From an uncultured Nitrososphaerota archaeon (GTDB lineage: Archaea > Thermoproteota > Nitrososphaeria > Conexivisphaerales > DTJL01), in the NCBI GenBank assembly GCA_963842885.1, contig CAWJIE010000003.1, positions 288,001-352,000 on the forward strand: a DNA stretch of 64,000 nt. The letters are read 5' to 3'. A model generated the notes under the pieces. That model made no database searches and was not told the origin of the DNA. It saw only the letters and a list, made by a program, of their open reading frames with translations. Shown here piece after piece: positions 19,025-28,204 of the stretch. The translations under genes were made by a program, and so were the position numbers. How positions within the stretch are numbered: position 1 is the stretch's first letter; every line of letters begins with the position of its first letter.

Positions 19025-19558
19025 TCACTTGATCTCCACGTTGAACGTCTTCCTGAAGAAGGAAACGGCCTCCTCCTTCGTCACCCTCTGCTCCCTCCCC
19101 GCTCGGGCCTGGGCGCGCCTCCTCCTGCCGACCCGGAGGCCCTGCTTCTCAAGAGAGATGCAGACGTCCATACCGAATATTCCCACGTTGGGGTCGTAGC
19201 GGACGCCAGGGATGTCTATGTGCTCCTTTATCCCGAAGGCCACGTTCCCCATATTGTCGAAGGATGACTCGTTCATGACGTTGGACTTGGCGAGCAGCAG
19301 GTTCTTCAGCAGTTCGCCGGCCTTCTCCTTCCTCACCGTCACCACGACCGCGATGGGCTCTCCCTGGTGGATGCCGAAGTCCCTTATCGTCTTCTTGGCC
19401 TTCCTCTGGCTGGGCTTCTGCGCCGTCAGAGTCTCCAGGACCTTTGCGGCTCTCTCCACCATCTCCCCTGACTTCCCGGGGGCTATGTTTAGCACGACCT
19501 TGGCAAGAGTGACCTTGGCGGCGGGCTTCTCGACCTGGGCTGACGCGTTCTCAGACAT
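19025..19558 (-). CDS. rpl5: 50S ribosomal protein L5
   Basis: KVVLNI...AKKTIRDFGI...GNVAFGIKEHIDIPG...GIFGMD. Confidence 0.96.
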   Translation of the reverse strand: MSENASAQVEKPAAKVTLAKVVLNIAPGKSGEMVERAAKVLETLTAQKPSQRKAKKTIRDFGIHQGEPIAVVVTVRKEKAGELLKNLLLAKSNVMNESSFDNMGNVAFGIKEHIDIPGVRYDPNVGIFGMDVCISLEKQGLRVGRRRRAQARAGREQRVTKEEAVSFFRKTFNVEIK

Positions 19559-19561
19559 CAA

Positions 19562-20296
19562 TCACTCAGCCCTCCGAGGGATTGAGACCAGCGGCGCCTT
19601 GACGCCCACCGGTATGACGAAGTTCTTCGGCAGGACCACTTCTTCGTTGCCAATCAGGATGTTGACGTTGGGTTCCACCGAGAAGTTGCCCTTCGAGACC
19701 TCCTTGATGTCGCCGACGAAGCCGAGCTTCGTGCCCCCCACGACAAGGCCGAGGCTGCCCTTCTTCATCGGCACGACGTCGAGTATCTTGTTCGAAGGGA
19801 GCTCCACGAGCAGGGCGTCTCCCACGGCATACTTGGAGCCGTCGTCCACCAGGAAGGTCCTCCCGTCGTGTGTTCCCAGCTGGATCTTGCCCCTTCTTAT
19901 CGTAGTCTTCGCCTTGATTTGACAGAGCTTCCTGCCCTTCTCGTCGGAGGAGATGGTCACCGGGGTGACGAGCCTCCCCTTCTGAGGGAGCATGCGGTAG
20001 ATTCCTCCACCTGCCCCGACCTCCACCACGTCCATGAGGCCGACGGGGTAGTTGATGCTCAGGCGCGGAACGCCGTCGATCAACACCTTGCCCAGCTTGA
20101 TGGCGTATTCGGCCTCCTTCTTGGAGCGCACCACCTTCAGGATGTCCCTCAGTAGCGTTATCGGGTCGTAGCTCAAGGCCTTGCTGTGAGGCCCTGCCTT
20201 TATCGTAGTGACGAACGTAAGCTTCTTCCTAGGGATGGCGTAGAACGCGGGCGCCGCCTGCCTCTTGACCATCGTAGAACCGCCTTTACGAGCCAT
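19562..20296 (-). CDS. rps4e: 30S ribosomal protein S4e
   Basis: KRQAAP...GPH...LRDIL...YPVGLMDV...QLGTHDGRT. Confidence 0.95.
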   Translation of the reverse strand: MARKGGSTMVKRQAAPAFYAIPRKKLTFVTTIKAGPHSKALSYDPITLLRDILKVVRSKKEAEYAIKLGKVLIDGVPRLSINYPVGLMDVVEVGAGGGIYRMLPQKGRLVTPVTISSDEKGRKLCQIKAKTTIRRGKIQLGTHDGRTFLVDDGSKYAVGDALLVELPSNKILDVVPMKKGSLGLVVGGTKLGFVGDIKEVSKGNFSVEPNVNILIGNEEVVLPKNFVIPVGVKAPLVSIPRRAE

Positions 20297-20307
20297 GATC
20301 TTTCACC

Positions 20308-20676
20308 TTATTTCTCCAGGGCCTTCCTCCGGAGCTTGTCGTCCAGGTTCAGCGAAGTAACCATCACCTTGGAAGCGTTGACCTTGACCGGGACCGTGCC
20401 TCCCTTCAGCTTCTCCCTGGTCACTCCCTCCACGGTGATCCGGCCGGTCTTGGAGAATGTCTTTGAAACCTTGCCCTCGACTCCCTTGAAATCTCCCCTC
20501 ATTATCTTGACCGTGTCCCCCTTCCTCAGGGTGACGTGGTCGTAGGAGTGTTTCTCCTTCATGTCCTTCGAAAGCGTGGACGACAGGGACTTGTTTCTGA
20601 GGCGGATGGCGCCCGAATGGAGCGCGGTCCTCATCTTCCGGGGTTGCGATGATCTCTTGTTCACCAATGTGTCCAC
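20308..20676 (-). CDS. rpl24: 50S ribosomal protein L24
   Basis: SSQPRKMR...RKGDTVKIMRGDFKG KOW motif. Confidence 0.95.
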   Translation of the reverse strand: MDTLVNKRSSQPRKMRTALHSGAIRLRNKSLSSTLSKDMKEKHSYDHVTLRKGDTVKIMRGDFKGVEGKVSKTFSKTGRITVEGVTREKLKGGTVPVKVNASKVMVTSLNLDDKLRRKALEK

Positions 20677-20678
20677 CC

Positions 20679-21113
20679 CTACACTATGATCGAGGCTACG
20701 TTTGCTATCCTAGCCCACCTCTCTGCTGCTTCGGAGGCCACGGGGCCCCGGATGTCGGTGCCCTTGAGCTCCCCCTCCGGCGTTATTATGACGGCGGCGT
20801 TGTCTTCGAACGAGACCCTCGTGCCGTTGATCCTGTTTATCGGATACTTCTGCCTGACGATTACAGCCTGCATGATCTGCTTCTTGAGCTCCGGCGGGCC
20901 CTTCTTGGCGACCACCGTGATGAGGTCTCCCACACCGGCCGAAGGGATCCTTGCAAGCCTGCCCTTGAACCCGGATACCTGCACGACCCTGAGCGTCTTG
21001 GCGCCGGTGTTGTCGGCGCAGTTAATGACGGCATAAACCGGGATGGCACGGGTGATGTATGGCTTGAACTCCTCGATCCCCTTGGCCGATACCGCCCTTG
21101 ACTTCGTGGACAA
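20679..21113 (-). CDS. rpl14: 50S ribosomal protein L14
   Basis: CADNTGAK...AVIVRQK...FEDNAAV...GPVA. Confidence 0.96.
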   Translation of the reverse strand: MSTKSRAVSAKGIEEFKPYITRAIPVYAVINCADNTGAKTLRVVQVSGFKGRLARIPSAGVGDLITVVAKKGPPELKKQIMQAVIVRQKYPINRINGTRVSFEDNAAVIITPEGELKGTDIRGPVASEAAERWARIANVASIIV

Positions 21114-21115
21114 CT

Positions 21116-21445
21116 CTACACACCAGCCTTACCCACGATGATGAAGGAGATAGTCTTGGAGATGGGCCTGCATTCGGCCACAACGACCTCCTCGCCCTCC
21201 TTGAGGGAGATGCACAGCGGGATGTGCGCGTGCACCCTGCTCCTCCTCTTCTCGTACCTGTTGTACTTCTTCACGTAGTGATAGTACTCGCGCTGAATCA
21301 CGGCCAGACCCTTCGCCTTAAGGCTCACGGCCTTCCCCTGCAGCACCTTGCCCCTGACAGAAATCGTGCCATGCCATGGGCAGAATTCATCGTCGCAGGT
21401 TTTGGTCGGAGCTTTAACTCCCTGAATTCCCACGTTCCTCATCAT
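21116..21445 (-). CDS. rps17: 30S ribosomal protein S17
   Basis: CDDEFCPWHG...KYNRYEKRRS...ECRPISKT. Confidence 0.96.
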   Translation of the reverse strand: MMRNVGIQGVKAPTKTCDDEFCPWHGTISVRGKVLQGKAVSLKAKGLAVIQREYYHYVKKYNRYEKRRSRVHAHIPLCISLKEGEEVVVAECRPISKTISFIIVGKAGV

Positions 21446-21690
21446 TTCATCAACCTATCGAAAAAGCGGCCAACAAGAAGATCGCCGGAGACAAGAAAGG
21501 ACCGGTTCACGAGAAACGTGTTCGGGGATTTCGGGACGAGCAACGTAGCGTCGCTCGACGAAAGCCAGAGCATGTTCTTCGATTCGTGGATGAGGGTGCC
21601 CTGGAGGCCCCTATACTGCGGCTGGCCCCCAACGACCTCTATGGCGCAGCCTTGCAGCAAGTATCGCTGGGCCATCTCTAGGCTGTTCAT
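21442..21690 (-). CDS. rnp1: Ribonuclease P protein component 1 (Rpp29), divergent
   Basis: GLQGTLIHESKNML...VPK...GDLLVGR; conserved position between L29 and S17. Confidence 0.75.
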   Translation of the reverse strand: MNSLEMAQRYLLQGCAIEVVGGQPQYRGLQGTLIHESKNMLWLSSSDATLLVPKSPNTFLVNRSFLVSGDLLVGRFFDRLMK

Positions 21691-21896
21691 GCTTCAGCAC
21701 CCTTCTTCTCGGCCAGGATCGTCTCTACCCTGGCGACGTTCTTCTTCAGAGACTTGATCTTGCCTGACTCCTTGGCAATGGTCCCGCGTGACGAAAGCGT
21801 CCTGAGCCTGAGCAGCTCACGCCTGTACTCCGAGAGCCTTCCCACAAGATCCTCGTCCTTCAGGTCCCTGAGCTCCTTCATCTTACGCGTTGGCAA
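21687..21896 (-). CDS. rpl29: 50S ribosomal protein L29
   Basis: KELRDL...ELLRLR...KKNVARVETIL. Confidence 0.93.
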   Translation of the reverse strand: MPTRKMKELRDLKDEDLVGRLSEYRRELLRLRTLSSRGTIAKESGKIKSLKKNVARVETILAEKKGAEA

Positions 21897-22539
21897 TGCC
21901 AGTTCCCTCCGCTTTGGGGGCCTCCGTCGGAGCCGGCTCCGGCGCCTGGGGGTTCAAAGCCTCGAACTCAGGGGAGACGGCGTCCTTGTAGGATATGCTT
22001 ACCTGTATCCCGTAAAGCCCCATCTTCAGCAGGACGTCGGTGACCGCTTTGGCCACGATCAGGTCCTTCATGTGGCCGCTCTTGGGGACGATGCCCTGGA
22101 TGTGCCGCTCGAAGTGAGCCCTCTCGCTTCGAAGCTTCCCCCTGACGGTAATCTCACAGCCCATGGCCCCGGCTCTCATCACGCTGGCCAAGGCGACGAG
22201 CGTTGCCCTCCTGAAGGCCATTCCCCTCTGGGCCATGGAGGCTATGCGGGCTGCGACAATCCGAGGGTTGAGGTCAGGGTTGGTGACCTCCACCACGTTG
22301 ATGCTCAAGTTCTCCAGCTTGAACCTGCTGGAGAGGTCGTCGGTGAGGTCCCTGATCCCCATCCCCTTCCTGCCGATGACCAAGCCAGGCTTCACGACGG
22401 TCACGTTGAGCCTGTAACCTAGGGGGAGCTTCTCCAACTCCATGCCGGCGTAGCCGGCCTCGGCGAGCCTCTTCTCAAGGAACTCGTCAATCTCAGCGTA
22501 AGAGAATGACCTCTTCAGAATCAGCTTAGTAGTGACCAA
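21883..22539 (-). CDS. rps3: 30S ribosomal protein S3
   Basis: AGYAG...KPGLVIGRKG...FRRA...GAMGCEITVRGKLRSERA. Confidence 0.96.
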   Translation of the reverse strand: MVTTKLILKRSFSYAEIDEFLEKRLAEAGYAGMELEKLPLGYRLNVTVVKPGLVIGRKGMGIRDLTDDLSSRFKLENLSINVVEVTNPDLNPRIVAARIASMAQRGMAFRRATLVALASVMRAGAMGCEITVRGKLRSERAHFERHIQGIVPKSGHMKDLIVAKAVTDVLLKMGLYGIQVSISYKDAVSPEFEALNPQAPEPAPTEAPKAEGTGIANA

Positions 22540-22542
22540 ATC

Positions 22543-23007
22543 TTAAGGCATCTCCGCTCCGACCAGCTCGATGTGGACGAGGACCTTCATGCTAGGGCTG
22601 GACCTTCCAAAAGCACGTGGGGTGAACCCAGGGAGCTTGCGACCGCCGTAGGCGGCGGCGTGCAGGATCCTCACCCTGTCAGGGTTGAGACCTTTGAACT
22701 CTGCGCTGCTCTGGAGGTTCTCCAGAACCTTCAGCACCTCTCCAGCTGACTTTTCTGGATAGCCGCCTACAGGGAAACCCTGCAACTCGCTTCTGTGACC
22801 GCTCTTAAGCTTGAATCGCCTGAAAGCCACAGGCCTCTTGAGCGCGACGACTTCTTCGAGAAATTTCCGGGCCTCGGGAACGGTCAAGCCCACAATGGAC
22901 TTGCAGACTTCCCTTGCGGTCTTGGGGCTGACGTCCGCTTCTCTGCTACTAGCCCTGACTTGGACCGCAGGGTTGTACCCGGAATGTGAATACCCGAATT
23001 GCGGCAA
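22543..23007 (-). CDS. rpl22: 50S ribosomal protein L22
   Basis: VSPKTAREVC...GYPEK...PRAFGRS...HIELV. Confidence 0.95.
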   Translation of the reverse strand: MPQFGYSHSGYNPAVQVRASSREADVSPKTAREVCKSIVGLTVPEARKFLEEVVALKRPVAFRRFKLKSGHRSELQGFPVGGYPEKSAGEVLKVLENLQSSAEFKGLNPDRVRILHAAAYGGRKLPGFTPRAFGRSSPSMKVLVHIELVGAEMP

Positions 23008-23086
23008 TGATACGCACCGCGCGTATAAGTCGCCTCTGCAGTAGTAGATAAATACTTTCCGTTTCCAATATGCGTGAAATCTTGCG

Positions 23087-23932
23087 TCACAACGATGCCG
23101 AGGCGACGCTCAGGATCGCGAGCGACGCAAGGAGCGCCTCCTCCGTCCTCACCGTCTCGGTCTTCTGGTGGGGGATGGTGTTGATCATGAAGTCGAACTT
23201 CGCCGCCAGCAGTTCCTTCGGGAACATCTCGTAGAGGCCCCGCTTGGGTGCGCCGAACACCACCAATCTCTTACCCCCCTTGCGGAAGGCCAAGAGCAGG
23301 TCCTTCCAGACCTCGGTGAAACTGACCCCCTTCCTGCTGGTGCCTATGGCGACGGTCACGCGGCCGTCGTCAAGTAGGTCTCTCAGGTCCTTCTGTTGCT
23401 TGACCTCGAAGCCCCAGTACCCTCTTACAATGCTCCTTTCCACCTGTTCGCAGCTCAGGTCCCTTCCGTTCCTGTGCACCACGACGGTGACCCTCGAGCC
23501 CGGCCTGGCCGTTCCCTCGAAGGAGAGTGGCGCCTCCACCCCCACGTCGGCCGATGGCGTCCCCCTCGTGACCTCCACCACCGCCTCCCGAAACTCGCCG
23601 TCCACGAGGCCCCCCATGCCGACGTTGGCCTTGTGGGACGGTATCCTGAGCGGAGGGAGGAGGCCGGTGAAGGAAAGCCGAGGCTTCAGGGGATAGAGCT
23701 TCTTGCGGAGATACTGGGGTGTCTCAATGTACCTGAGTATCTCTTCGATCATGGAGGAGTCGTCGACCGTCTGCTCGACGGGGTCGTTGTAGATGACCAC
23801 CTTCTCAACGCCGAAGATGCCGATCGCTCGTGCCACCTGGCCGAGCTTGATGGTCTTGTCCCTGAGGTCGCGATCCTCCATAAGCAGGGAGCTGGGGAGG
23901 GCCACCCAAGTACCCGAGTTGTCAGCGGACAT
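23087..23932 (-). CDS. SPOUT-class RNA methyltransferase (DUF171/C9orf114-like)
   Basis: KLGQVARAIGIFGV...YIETPQYLRK...LPPLRIPSH...GTSRKG...FGAP...QKTETVRTEEA. Confidence 0.9.
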   Translation of the reverse strand: MSADNSGTWVALPSSLLMEDRDLRDKTIKLGQVARAIGIFGVEKVVIYNDPVEQTVDDSSMIEEILRYIETPQYLRKKLYPLKPRLSFTGLLPPLRIPSHKANVGMGGLVDGEFREAVVEVTRGTPSADVGVEAPLSFEGTARPGSRVTVVVHRNGRDLSCEQVERSIVRGYWGFEVKQQKDLRDLLDDGRVTVAIGTSRKGVSFTEVWKDLLLAFRKGGKRLVVFGAPKRGLYEMFPKELLAAKFDFMINTIPHQKTETVRTEEALLASLAILSVASASL

Positions 23933-24016
23933 GGCTGTGACGCGGATGGACAAACTAATAAGAATACAATATAAGAATGCGAGCAGCGCAGGAGGATTGA
24001 GCGAGGTGTTCGTCCT

Positions 24017-24409
24017 TTGAGTGAAGATCGTGATCCGGAGATGGACATCATAATGAAGAAGAAGCTCCTCGAACTCCGGCGAAGGGCTGCCGAGGAGGCC
24101 AAGCCCAAGCGTGAACCCAAGGCCGAGCCGAAGGACCCCCGGGCCGTCTTCAACTCCATCCTCTACGACAGGGGGGATGAGGTCCTGGAGGCCGCCGAAA
24201 GGCAGTACCCCAAGGAGACCAAGATGATCGTCGAGAAGATAGCCGAGCTCGTCGAGAATGGCAAGCTCCAGGAGAAGATATCGGGCGGCGCCCTTCTCTG
24301 GCTCTTCCGACAGTTCGGACTCAGGGTCCACATCGAGACCACCATTCGAATCCAGCAGGATGGGAAGATGGTCTCGGTAGCTGATAAACTAAAGCAGAAA
24401 CAGGAATAG
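24017..24409 (+). CDS. PDCD5-like dsDNA-binding protein
   Basis: ELRRR...DRGDEVLEAAERQYP...GKLQEKISGGALLWLFRQFG...ETTIRI. Confidence 0.72.
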   Translation: MSEDRDPEMDIIMKKKLLELRRRAAEEAKPKREPKAEPKDPRAVFNSILYDRGDEVLEAAERQYPKETKMIVEKIAELVENGKLQEKISGGALLWLFRQFGLRVHIETTIRIQQDGKMVSVADKLKQKQE

Positions 24410-24415
24410 GTCTTT

Positions 24416-24805
24416 CTACTTGAGCGGGACGTAAAGCGAGCTCCTGCTGGCTCCGATGCCAGGGGTCCCGTGGACCACCTTGTGTATGGGCATGGAGTAC
24501 TCGCCGAGGTAGTGTCCTATCATCTCGGGTCTCACTTCGACGGCTATGAACTCCTTACCGTTGTAGACGTTGATGGTTATCCCGACCATGAAGGGCAGGA
24601 TTACCATGTCCCGGGCGTGGGTCTTGATCGTCTTGCCCTCTTTCGCACCGGCTCTTACGCGTTCTATGAGCCTCTTCTTCTCATGGCTCAGCTCCCTGTT
24701 GAGGGTCCGTCTGGCCCGCGACGGAAGAAGCGCCAAGACCTGTTCGAGGGGCATCTCCTGCAGCTCCTCCGGCGAAAAGCCCCTGTACCTGAACTCCTTC
24801 GGCAA
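24416..24805 (-). CDS. rps19: 30S ribosomal protein S19
   Basis: FRYRG...KTHARDMVILP...EMIGHYLGE...GIGASRSS. Confidence 0.96.
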   Translation of the reverse strand: MPKEFRYRGFSPEELQEMPLEQVLALLPSRARRTLNRELSHEKKRLIERVRAGAKEGKTIKTHARDMVILPFMVGITINVYNGKEFIAVEVRPEMIGHYLGEYSMPIHKVVHGTPGIGASRSSLYVPLK

Positions 24806-24838
24806 GTTATTGTCTCACCTGACTCCCATTCTATTTAA

Positions 24839-25585
24839 CTATTTTCTGACCGCCGATTCTACCCTGGACTTCCTGCCGCGGCCCGTCCTCCTGGGGGCGA
24901 TGTGTCCCACCTTCCGGCCTGGCGGAGCGTTGCGAGATGTTGAAGTCGACTTGCCAGGATGCTGGTGGCGACCGCCTCCGAACGGATGATGGACGGCGGC
25001 CATGGCGATGCCTCTCATCGTAGGATACTTCTTGTTCCGCGCCATCTGGTGATAGAAGCGGTTCCCTGCAATGAGGTAAGGCTTTTCGCCCCTCCCGCCG
25101 CCAGCGACCATGCCGATGGTGGCCCTGCAGCTGGAGGAGAGCTCGACGCTCTTCCTCGACGGGAACCTGACAATGGTCATGGGACCCGTCTGAGAGAAGA
25201 CGATGGCCGACGTGCCAGCCGACCGAACCAGCTGTCCGCCGTCCCCGAACCTCCTCTCGATGTTGCTGACGGCCGTCCCTTCGAGTATCTTCCCAAGGGG
25301 CAGAACCGATCCGTCTCCCTGCCTGGCGCCCCTTCCCATCTCAATGGTGGAGCCCACGTGGAGGCCCACCACAGCGGGGAGGAACCTGACGGCGCCGTCA
25401 TCGAAGAGCATCTTCGCGACGGGGGCCGTCCTCCCTCTTTCATGGATAATGTCCTTGACGACGCCGGTCTTAAGGATCGAAAGGTCGTAGAGGGGATAGC
25501 CTACGGGAGCGATCTTCCCCTTATGCGGAGCCCTCCACTGCATCCCCGCCTTTCCTCTGCGCCTGACGACATGCCGCTTTCCCAA
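24839..25585 (-). CDS. rpl2: 50S ribosomal protein L2
   Basis: IIHERGRTAP...DGGQLVRSAG...AGGGRGEKP...HPFGGG...PGRKVG. Confidence 0.96.
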   Translation of the reverse strand: MGKRHVVRRRGKAGMQWRAPHKGKIAPVGYPLYDLSILKTGVVKDIIHERGRTAPVAKMLFDDGAVRFLPAVVGLHVGSTIEMGRGARQGDGSVLPLGKILEGTAVSNIERRFGDGGQLVRSAGTSAIVFSQTGPMTIVRFPSRKSVELSSSCRATIGMVAGGGRGEKPYLIAGNRFYHQMARNKKYPTMRGIAMAAVHHPFGGGRHQHPGKSTSTSRNAPPGRKVGHIAPRRTGRGRKSRVESAVRK

Positions 25586-25595
25586 CCTGCATCAC

Positions 25596-25862
25596 CTAAA
25601 GGACTCCCAGCTTCGAAGCGAGCTCGGCTGCGGGGGTTTCATCGGAGAGCCGCACGAAGGCCGCCTTTCCCTTGTGGGTGATCATAATGTTGACCCGATC
25701 GACCTTGACGCCGTAGACGGTCTCGACGGCCTCCTTGACCGTCGCTTTCGTTGCATCGTCGCTGACCAGGAAAACCATCTTGTTCTCCTGCTCTATCAGG
25801 CGGAAGGTCTTCTCTGTGATATAGGGCATCTTGACGATGGAAAATGCCTTCTCAAGCTGCAC
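25596..25862 (-). CDS. rpl23: 50S ribosomal protein L23
   Basis: PYITEK...ENKMVF...KAAFVRL. Confidence 0.95.
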   Translation of the reverse strand: MQLEKAFSIVKMPYITEKTFRLIEQENKMVFLVSDDATKATVKEAVETVYGVKVDRVNIMITHKGKAAFVRLSDETPAAELASKLGVL

Positions 25863-26649
25863 TAACGATTACCTCCTCGAACCTTTTCGAAAGCAAATCC
25901 AATGCTGACTTGGTCCAGACGGTCAGGCGGCCAGCCTTCCCACCCGGAGCCAGGTCGATGATGCTGAGATCTTCAACCTTGACGACGTCGACGCCGGGGA
26001 AACCGTTGGCCGCCCTTCCCAAGCCTTTGACGTCGGCCACGACGAGCAGCGGGCCCTTCCCGTTCTTGTGGCCCCTTCCCCTCCAGCCCTGCTTCCCAGC
26101 CCTAGACTTCCTCTTGGATGCCCGCTCGATGTCCTTCAGAAGCCCGACCTTTTCGAAGAAGGCGCGAAGCTCGGCGGCCTTCGCGACCTCCTGAAGCTTG
26201 TCGTCGGCCACGAGCGGGATGGCTGGGACGCCCACTGTGGCGTGACCCCTGCCCGAAACAAGGGCGGGAGACGTGGTGGCAGCGATGGCCGACCTCAGGG
26301 CCATGATGCGCTCCTTCTTGTTGATGAGCTTGTAGATGACCTTCTCGGCCTTGGGGGGATGAGTGATCCTGCCCTTGACGACGCTGCCGACACCTGCCGC
26401 CTGTCCGGCGCGTGGGTTCTTCTCGCCCTTCACCCTCGCGACCCTGGCGACGCCGTGTCCGGTGTTCCAGGACATGGCGCTGGTCCTTTCGCCGGCGATG
26501 GGGCTGGTGCCCTTGGGCTGGATCTTGTGCGTGAACACTATCCAGAAGGCGCGGTTGATGAGCCGTTCGTTGACCGGGGTCCCAAAGACGGCGGGGAGCT
26601 CGACCGATTCGACGGAATTACCCTCCAGGTCGAAAACGGAGGCCTTCAA
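25852..26649 (-). CDS. rpl4: 50S ribosomal protein L4
   Basis: SAMSWNTGHGVARVAR...INKKER...RAGK...LAPGGKAGRLTVWT. Confidence 0.96.
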   Translation of the reverse strand: MKASVFDLEGNSVESVELPAVFGTPVNERLINRAFWIVFTHKIQPKGTSPIAGERTSAMSWNTGHGVARVARVKGEKNPRAGQAAGVGSVVKGRITHPPKAEKVIYKLINKKERIMALRSAIAATTSPALVSGRGHATVGVPAIPLVADDKLQEVAKAAELRAFFEKVGLLKDIERASKRKSRAGKQGWRGRGHKNGKGPLLVVADVKGLGRAANGFPGVDVVKVEDLSIIDLAPGGKAGRLTVWTKSALDLLSKRFEEVIVSAA

Positions 26650-27653
26650 CGAGAAGCCCCTCCTGACGGCTTCGAGCTAAGGAAGAGGACGGTGGGTGCC
26701 TTGCCCTTGTTGGGCTCGCTTCGCAGAGGGAGGCGGATGACCGCGGGGCGACGGTAGGGTCCCGGCACGGAGCCCTTGACGACGACGTAGTCTCCCCTGA
26801 CCAGACCAAAGTGGGGGAAGCCCCCTACGGGGGTGATGGGGCTGGACGACTCCGATCCCAACATCAAGACCCTCTTGTTGTATTCAACGCGCTGATGGTA
26901 TCCCATCTGCCCCGCCCTGGCCACCGTGTACATGACGCCATGAGGGTGCCATGGGCTGAGGACACCGACGGCTCTTATGGTCTTCCTCGACTTGTGCTGC
27001 TTGCGTTTGACGCCCATCCTGGTGACGGGGCCTTCGAAGCCCTTGCCTTTGGAGACGGCGGCTACGTCCACCATGCTGCCAGGCGCGATGTTACCTGTTA
27101 GCGAAATCGTCTTGCCCAGGAGGGCCTTCACGAACTCGAGCTGATCTTCAGCCTTTCCCCCCGTGACGGCCACCTCCATCCTGAGAGGCTCCTTCTGAGA
27201 CAGCCCTACGTCCTTGGGCGTGACGGCAACGAGGGCGAAGACCTCGCTGACCTTCTCCTTGACGTTGAGGAGGGATTTCAGCTGTTCATCGGCGGACGGT
27301 TTCTTCTTGGCCTTCTGGAAAAGAGGGTCTTCGTAGTCGTAGATGTCGGAGAGGACGTTGTACGCCCCGTCTCCATATTCGTAAGCCCGGAGCCCGTACA
27401 CCTTCATGGGCGGCACGGCCAAGACAGTGGCCGCGTTGAACCTGGGCTTCCCGAAGTTGACGGTCTTCTCCCTGTCGTCGGCCGTGATCACATGGACCAT
27501 CCCGGCCTTGAACGCAAAGTAACCAGCGAGGACGGGCTTCTCGACGTCCAGCTGAGCCCAGGTCCTCATCCTCGGCACGTGAGTTTCAGCGCGAGACCTA
27601 GGGAAAAAGGCTAAAGAGCCTCTCCTTGGCGCGCTATGCTTCCTATGTCCCAT
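26646..27653 (-). CDS. rpl3: 50S ribosomal protein L3
   Basis: MGHRKHSAPRRGSL...KAGMVH...SKGKGFEGPVTR...AGQMGYHQRVEYNKR. Confidence 0.96.
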   Translation of the reverse strand: MGHRKHSAPRRGSLAFFPRSRAETHVPRMRTWAQLDVEKPVLAGYFAFKAGMVHVITADDREKTVNFGKPRFNAATVLAVPPMKVYGLRAYEYGDGAYNVLSDIYDYEDPLFQKAKKKPSADEQLKSLLNVKEKVSEVFALVAVTPKDVGLSQKEPLRMEVAVTGGKAEDQLEFVKALLGKTISLTGNIAPGSMVDVAAVSKGKGFEGPVTRMGVKRKQHKSRKTIRAVGVLSPWHPHGVMYTVARAGQMGYHQRVEYNKRVLMLGSESSSPITPVGGFPHFGLVRGDYVVVKGSVPGPYRRPAVIRLPLRSEPNKGKAPTVLFLSSKPSGGASR

Positions 27654-27953
27654 AAAGCCTACGCTTCCGCAGACCAAGACCAATTGGTGATGTAATAAAA
27701 GCTTTCTGCATGGCTCGGCCAAGAAAGGTTTGACCGTCGAGGCCGAACTCTCCATGGCTAGGACGAGACGACTGACGTGCGCTTTGGATGGCGCGGCTGA
27801 GAGACGGGCTCCGCAGCCGATGCAATCTCATCAAACGAGGGCAGACCCTGCAGTGTGAAGATGCTTCCGGGGAGGGCCGTGATGATGACCCCCAGAGGCT
27901 GCGGGACCTCCTCGACACGTACGGGATGGTTACCGCTAGGGAGCAAGGATCGA

Positions 27954-28050
27954 TGGGCCGGAGGAGATTTGGACTCCTGACCTTCTGATTATCAGTCAGA
28001 CGTTCCAGCCGTCGTTTCGACGGTCTCTGACCAAGCTGAGCTACCGGCCC
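27954..28050 (-). tRNA. tRNA-Ile(GAT) with a 22-nt non-canonical intron in the D-stem (24/25; 28003-28024)
   Basis: GGGCCGG acceptor, anticodon arm TCTGA-CTGATAA-TCAGA; insert ACCGTCGAAACGACGGCTGGAA forms a BHB (TCAG/CTGG helix, AGA and AAC bulges). Confidence 0.88.
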
Positions 28051-28125
28051 AATCCGCCGTTCTTTGGTTTCCCGAAGTCTATGTTATAAGACTTTTTTTA
28101 CTCGTAACGCAGACCGTCAGACGAT

Positions 28126-28201
28126 GGGCCGGTAGTTCAGTGGTAGTAACGTCCGCCTTGCACGCGGAAGGCCGTGGGTTCGACTCCCACCCGGTCCACC
28201 A
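28126..28201 (+). tRNA. tRNA-Ala(TGC), CCA encoded
   Basis: Cloverleaf with TCCGC-CTTGCAC-GCGGA anticodon arm, G3:U70 identity pair, GGTTCGACTCC T-arm. Confidence 0.93.
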
Positions 28202-28204
28202 CTA

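Noticed and set aside
23087-24331. 414-aa ORF as an N-terminally extended methyltransferase
   Set aside because: The extension is antisense to the PDCD5-like gene and crosses an AT-rich promoter; the real start is near 23932
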